A stretch of 64,000 nucleotides of DNA from Nostoc sp. S13 (GTDB taxonomy: Bacteria > Cyanobacteriota > Cyanobacteriia > Cyanobacteriales > Nostocaceae). The position numbers were made by a program, and so were the translations under genes. Of this stretch, positions 59,010 to 64,000 are shown one piece after another. How positions within the stretch are numbered: the stretch's first letter is position 1; each line of letters starts with the position of its first letter. The notes below the pieces were generated by a model, which saw only the letters and a program-made list of their open reading frames with translations, made no database searches and was not told the DNA's origin. The stretch is taken from positions 542 through 64,541 of the forward strand of contig NZ_JAQYWQ010000014.1 of NCBI RefSeq assembly GCF_029379315.1. The letters run 5' to 3'.

Positions 59010-61125
59010 ATGACAAATACCTTTGTTTCTTCCATAGAAGCTGTCAATGCCGCCATTCAAAATCATAATCCGTTTACCAATGATGGCATTGTTAAAGAAC
59101 AGGATGTCTGGGGAAAAGGATTCCCTGATGTAGCAACTCTAAATGCCCATGCTTCTAATAAAGTTTTTGAGGCAATTGAATTTGTGCGAACAAGCCAATC
59201 TAGTCAAGACAAAGTGACTTCAATTGCCATAACTGCACAAAAGGGGGTTGGGAAAACCCACATTCTTAGTCGCATTCGTCATCAGCTTGAAAAAGAAGGT
59301 GGTGCTTTATTCGTCTATGCAGGCGGTAATAATTATACAGACTTAAATTTAGTTAAGTACCAATTCCAGCAAACCTTGGCAAATAGTCTGAGTAAAACTG
59401 GTAGCCAAAAAGTAATGCAATGGCAGGAAATAGCTACCGCTATGGCAAACGAAGGTAGAAGTGATAATTCTCCCACTCCAGAAGAGTTAGTCAAAAAATT
59501 TGACCAAGTTTATGCAAATAGTTTGGCTCAAAATAAAAACTTAATGAATGCTCTGCAAAAACAAGTTATCAAAAATAAACCCAATGCAGATCCCTATATT
59601 CTACGGGCTATTTTGTGGACGCTTTCAGAAACTCAAGCAACTTTTGCAATTCAATAGACTTATCCGGAAATGAGAACTTTATTTGGCTGAAACCTAGCTC
59701 TGGAGAGGGTTTTAGAGGTTCCTGTTTTATATAAGCTAAAAAGCCAGCTATGTAAGGGTTTCAGCTATTTTGAGGTTTATTTGTGGATAAGTCTAATGGT
59801 TATCTGGTAAAGAGTTAGCGAAATCTAATGCTGATGAGTTGGGATTGCCTAATCCTAATAAAACTAATCAAGATAGAGAAGCTGAAGCTCTCAGAAATAT
59901 TCAGCAAATTTTGAATTTAGTTAGTTTCTATAACCCTGTCGTCATTTGTTTTGACGAAATAGATGTTATTAACAACTCTACTGATGATGGCTTCCCAACA
60001 GCAAGCATAATCGCTAATTTTGTCAAAATTCTCCATGATACTCTCGAAAACTCTGAACTTAGTCAAGGTGTTGTTATTCTCACAGTAATGTTGTCCGAAA
60101 CATGGAGAGATAACGTAAACTCCATGCCAGGTGGTACACCTGACAGAATTTCAAAATATACACAAAGAAAACCACTGGAATTAAAAAACGTTAGTGGCGA
60201 TTCTATAGTTGAATTAGTTACTGCTTGGCTGCAAGAGTATTACAGTTCAAAAAATTTAATTCCTCCTCATCTAGTCTACCCATTTGAAGAAAGTAAGCTG
60301 AAGGAATATGGCAAAGTAAGTAAACCAAGTGTAAGGGAAGCTTTGCGATGGTGTGCAGACAACTTTAAGATTTATGAAGAACCACTTCCATCTGATCCAT
60401 TTGAGAGGTTTGAATTGGCATTCAAAAAGGAATCCGAGGCAGATATTGGAGATTATATAGAGGATAGTTCCTTAATTGCTGAAGCTCTCTACTTTGGCTT
60501 TGATACTTTGAAAGGTCAGACTTTAGAAGGAGTTTTGATTGAAGAAATTGTAAGCGATATCCAAAATAAATCACAGAATAAGCCTAGATCACAGGATAAA
60601 ATTTTTATAAACTTCAAAATTATTGGTAGTGAAAATGCGAAACCAGTAAAAATAGGGGTTTCTGTAATACAGTACTCTCAATTTACATTAACAGCTGCTT
60701 TAAAACGCTTAATCGACTATGAAACATTTGAACTTACTCGTGGTTGTTTGCTTCGTTCGCAATCCAAGATAGAACAAATGAAGAAAAACTCAGAAGCATA
60801 TAAATTGCTTAACGAACTTATATCAGAAAAAGGTGGTGAACATATCGATTTAATAGAAGAGCAAATTTGTCCAATTGTAGCACTTTTAGCTGTTTATAAA
60901 AAGCAGCTACATTATCAATTAACAGAAGATTATATTTTTGATGTAATTATTAAGAATAAAATTACGCTTGATAATGTTTTGCTTAGAGAAATTTTAAGTA
61001 ATCCATCTGGTAATATACCTACCGTTGATGATGAAGAAGATATCCAACTAATAGAGATTTTACTCAATTCTTCAAATATCAATGAAACAGATGACTTAGA
61101 TGAATTGAACGAGTTATTTAGTTAA
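59010..61125 (+). pseudogene. P-loop ATPase (657 aa when restored) interrupted by a 139-bp MITE
   Basis: Walker A AQKGVGKT in fragment 1 and Walker B VICFDEID in fragment 2. Deleting 59656-59797 gives in-frame ...FAIQ-WLSGKELAK... Confidence 0.9.
59656..59794 (+). mobile_element. 139-bp MITE copy A, TIR AGACTTATCC/GGATAAGTCT, AAT target duplication
   Basis: AAT at 59653-59655 and 59795-59797. Confidence 0.93.
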
Positions 61126-61127
61126 AC

Positions 61128-62805
61128 ATGAGTGAATCAATTTTAATTTATAACGCTCTGTGTCTACCAGCTCCCGATATTGAAGCTTTAATACAAGGGC
61201 GAATGATTGCGGCTATGCCTCGTAAATTGCTTAATAATGGGCAAAAATTTGCTTTTTACCCCCTTGATTATTTAACAAATCAGCTTTCAATTGAGCAATA
61301 CTACCACCCAAATTTTTTAGCTACTGCTCAAAGTGCCTTGACACAGTTAAATAGTCAAGATATTTTGTTACAACCTAAGCAAATAAGTTTACTTCAAAAT
61401 GAAGAACAGTTACAACTACCCCTCTTATCTCATAAGACAGTTTCAATTAAAGCTTGGGCTAGATGTGAACATTGCCAAATACTAGATAAGACTAAACCTT
61501 TAGATATTTTGTCTAAGTTAACAATATGGACACCAGAAGCATTTGAGGCAATATTACAGAAACAACCGCATATTTTTTTGGCTTACTTGCGTGTTTATAA
61601 TGTGCCTGAGTTCTGTGAAGTTGCAGCTCATCCAAACATTGAAGAAAAACTAGGTAAATTTGTGGGTTTAGCTAATATTGGTGTTTCTGAAGCTAATCCA
61701 GTATTAAACGATCGCACCTTCGCCCAACGCAAACGCCAATTAGAAAAGCTAGAACCCTCGCTGCATCCTGAATTGGAAAAATTGCAGAGTGCGATCGCAT
61801 CCCTAAGAATTAGCCAACCAGCAGCGAAACAATTAGACGACGATATTAAAGCATTTTTGGGTTGGAGTAGCAATCAACCAACAAATCCATTAGATTTAGA
61901 CTTACCTTGGATTCAGAAAATTGCTGAAGTTGGGAACTCTAGCGACGGACATACATTTGAAAAATTAGTTCGTAGAGGATTACTAAAATTAGGCTTTACA
62001 GGTTCAGGTTTGAATCCAGATGCAACTGGTGGCGCAGGAGGCATGGATTTTTACGCTGAACAACCTTATCCAATAGTAGGAGAGTGCAAAGCAACTAAAA
62101 CTGAAAAAGTTACTGATGGCACACCTGCACAGTTACTAAAAATAGGTATGAACCATCTTCGTAAAGTTCAGTATGAAAATTCAATTAAATTAATTGTAGC
62201 GGCTGGAGAACTAAATTTTTACGCCCTGAGAACAGCAACCGAAAATCAAATAGACTTATCCACAAATAAACCTTAAAATAGCTGAAACCCTTACATAGCT
62301 GGCTTTTTAGCTTATATAAAACAGGAACCTCTAAAACCCTCTCCAGAGCTAGGTTTCAGCCAAATAAAGTTCTCATTTCCGGATAAGTCTAATGAATGTT
62401 ATTAGCCCTGAAACACTACAAAAACTAGTTGAACTGCAAGCACACTACAAAAACTCTATCAATTTGATAGAACTAAAAGAGTATTTGCAACAAGCTCCTT
62501 TTGGTTTAGCTGAAGATAAAATTAATACTTATATCGATAAAGTTGAGCAATCTATAAAGTTGCGATCGCAGATTATCCAGCTTGTGAAAAATTATCTACA
62601 AAACTCAGGCGCAGAATCTGCTGGTGTTGATGCTCTACATGGTGCTTATTTCGGCTCACATCCACCACAGCCATTAAAAACAGTAGAAATGCACGAAATT
62701 CTGATTGAACTTTCTTCACCCTTAACAGGCTATTTAGGACGAATTAAAAGTAGTAATTGGAATAGAGATCGCTTTTACTTTCTCCGCGATTTACCCATTA
62801 ACTAA
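61128..62805 (+). pseudogene. DUF1802-like domain plus Mrr-type PD-(D/E)XK nuclease (511 aa when restored), interrupted by the MITE
   Basis: ALIQGRMIAAMP and IKAWARCE (DUF1802-like); FEKLVRRGLLKLGF...GGMDF...GECK (nuclease). Deleting 62252-62393 gives ...TENQ-MNVISPE... Confidence 0.88.
62252..62390 (-). mobile_element. 139-bp MITE copy B, inverted relative to copy A
   Basis: Reverse complement of copy A with one mismatch; AAT at 62249-62251 and 62391-62393. Confidence 0.93.
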
Positions 62806-62888
62806 AGATAATACAATATATTTGTTTTTTTACGGATATTTTCAAAATAACTGAAGTGCTTAGGCGTAGCCAGCTGTAGGCATCGCAG

Positions 62889-63251
62889 TTATCCCAAAGT
62901 TAATATATCAGCATGATAATTAACTACCAACGGCAGGATTTTTAGCCATTCTGAACCTAACAAAACTTCTGTAATTTCATCCCCTGCATAAACAGAAATC
63001 TCATACTCCTGTCCATCCAATAGAATCTTACCTAAATACCTATCAAATATGATTTCTCCTTGTGCAGTTCGCAGAAGTTCATCCCCACTATAGGCCCAGT
63101 CAAGACTATCTAAATCTTGTTTATTAATTGCTATAAAGCCTGTGAACCCAGTATCTAACATAGCATCTACAGGCAGATTTAATCCATCAAATGTAATCAA
63201 ATCAATTTCAAAAAATAGTTCTCCTTTACTACCAAAAGTACCCTGAATCAT
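62889..63251 (-). CDS. Single-domain clan AA (retropepsin-like) aspartyl protease family protein
   Basis: AMLDTGFTG catalytic-type motif and C-terminal VLLGSEWL. Confidence 0.8.
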   Translation of the reverse strand: MIQGTFGSKGELFFEIDLITFDGLNLPVDAMLDTGFTGFIAINKQDLDSLDWAYSGDELLRTAQGEIIFDRYLGKILLDGQEYEISVYAGDEITEVLLGSEWLKILPLVVNYHADILTLG

Positions 63252-63565
63252 ATTGTGCCAGTGGCTCCACTTTCATTCAGGCAAAAAACGCAGTGTTTAA
63301 CATTTGGGTACTTCTGAAGCGCTTTTCTATGAGCCACTTCTATATCTTCATCAATAAAAAAATTTCCGCTATCTGGTTCAATGGCAATATACCAGCCATA
63401 GTTTTTTTCGATATATTCTGGACGCACACACTCAAAAATTGCACGACAACGCCGATAAAATATCTCCCGTTCAGCTTTGCGTCTAGCAAGTTCTTCTGGT
63501 GGTAAAGTGCGTTCTGGAAAGATTCTGCCTCGACGTGCAGGTTGTTTTGCAGTTGATTCAGTCAT
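63248..63565 (-). CDS. Small hypothetical protein (DUF5678-like), coupled to the aspartyl protease gene
   Basis: YGWYIAIEPDSGNFFIDED motif; ATGA overlap with the downstream gene; start placed at MTEST. Confidence 0.65.
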   Translation of the reverse strand: MTESTAKQPARRGRIFPERTLPPEELARRKAEREIFYRRCRAIFECVRPEYIEKNYGWYIAIEPDSGNFFIDEDIEVAHRKALQKYPNVKHCVFCLNESGATGTI

Positions 63566-63769
63566 AGTAATTAACCCCATTTGTTAACGCTGTCTTAACT
63601 TTATTTTACAGAAAGATAAAAGCGATCGCTTTTACTTTCTCCGCGATTTACCTATTAACTAAAGATAATACAATATATCTCTTTTCTTACCTTCGCGCTC
63701 TTTGCGTCTTTTGCGGTTCGTTTCAAAATAACTGAAGTGCGTAGGCGTAGCCAGCCGTAGCCATTGCAG

Positions 63770-64000
63770 TTATCCTAAAGTCAAAATATTAGCCTGATAA
63801 TTAACTACCAACGGCAGAATTTTTAGCCATTCTGAACCTAACAAAACTTCTATAATTTCGTTGCCTGCAAAAACTGGAATTTCATACTCCTGTCCATTCA
63901 ATTTTACCTTCCCTAAAAACAAATCAAAAACTTTTTCACCCTGTGCTGTTCGTAGTTCTTGACCACGAATAAATTGCCAGTCCAGACCATCTAAATCTTG
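63770..64000 (-). CDS. Second aspartyl-protease-like paralog, 5' part beyond window
   Basis: Translates QDLDGLDWQFIRGQELRTAQGEKVFDLFLGKVKLNGQEYEIPVFAGNEIIEVLLGSEWLKILPLVVNYQANILTLG*. Confidence 0.85.
   Translation of the reverse strand, partial: QDLDGLDWQFIRGQELRTAQGEKVFDLFLGKVKLNGQEYEIPVFAGNEIIEVLLGSEWLKILPLVVNYQANILTLG

Larger units (their letters stand above)
1..64000. repeat. HIP1 octamer GCGATCGC, highly over-represented
   Basis: Dozens of occurrences in coding and non-coding DNA (e.g. 8184, 8208, 27097, 27184, 63622). Confidence 0.95.

Noticed and set aside
59839-61125. Fragments 59010-59657, 59839-61125, 61128-62276 and 62392-62805 as four separate genes
   Set aside because: They join into two ORFs once the MITEs and one AAT copy each are removed.
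59656-62390. Existing inversion between the two MITE copies
   Set aside because: Both genes are restored by simple deletion in the current orientation, so the segment is not presently inverted.

Overview
This is a heterocystous cyanobacterium, most likely Nostoc: abundant HIP1 GCGATCGC sites, heptamer STRR arrays, small dispersed repeats, and psaE/psb28/ndhO. Housekeeping blocks (branched-chain amino-acid ABC transporter, cobM-lgt-coaD, tldD/E, cysS, cobW, dtd, psb28, moaB, mraY, psaE, mutM, ndhO) alternate with accessory islands. (1) A three-gene operon at 58308-62805 (helical protein, P-loop ATPase, DUF1802-Mrr-type nuclease) has both large genes broken by the same 139-bp MITE in opposite orientations. 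Each copy has an AAT target duplication, and removing it restores an ORF of 657 aa and 511 aa respectively. (2) A split STAND-like ATPase / WD40 / ATPase trio lies between two copies of a PP2C gene's 3' end, with one in-frame stop in the WD40 gene. (3) An AT-rich trio (COMM-like fold protein, hypothetical, Cys-His papain-like protein) follows an integrase relic. (4) An ABC-ATPase plus TOPRIM-like pair has an amber stop in the ATPase tail. (5) A diguanylate cyclase carries an ETR1-like ethylene-binding motif. The window also holds lone lectin-propeller blades, a probable IS200/IS605 right-end relic, and many small repeats inserted in frame or into HIP1 sites, one of which clips MraY. No rRNA, tRNA or CRISPR array was found. 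Family assignments come from motif recognition, not database searches.
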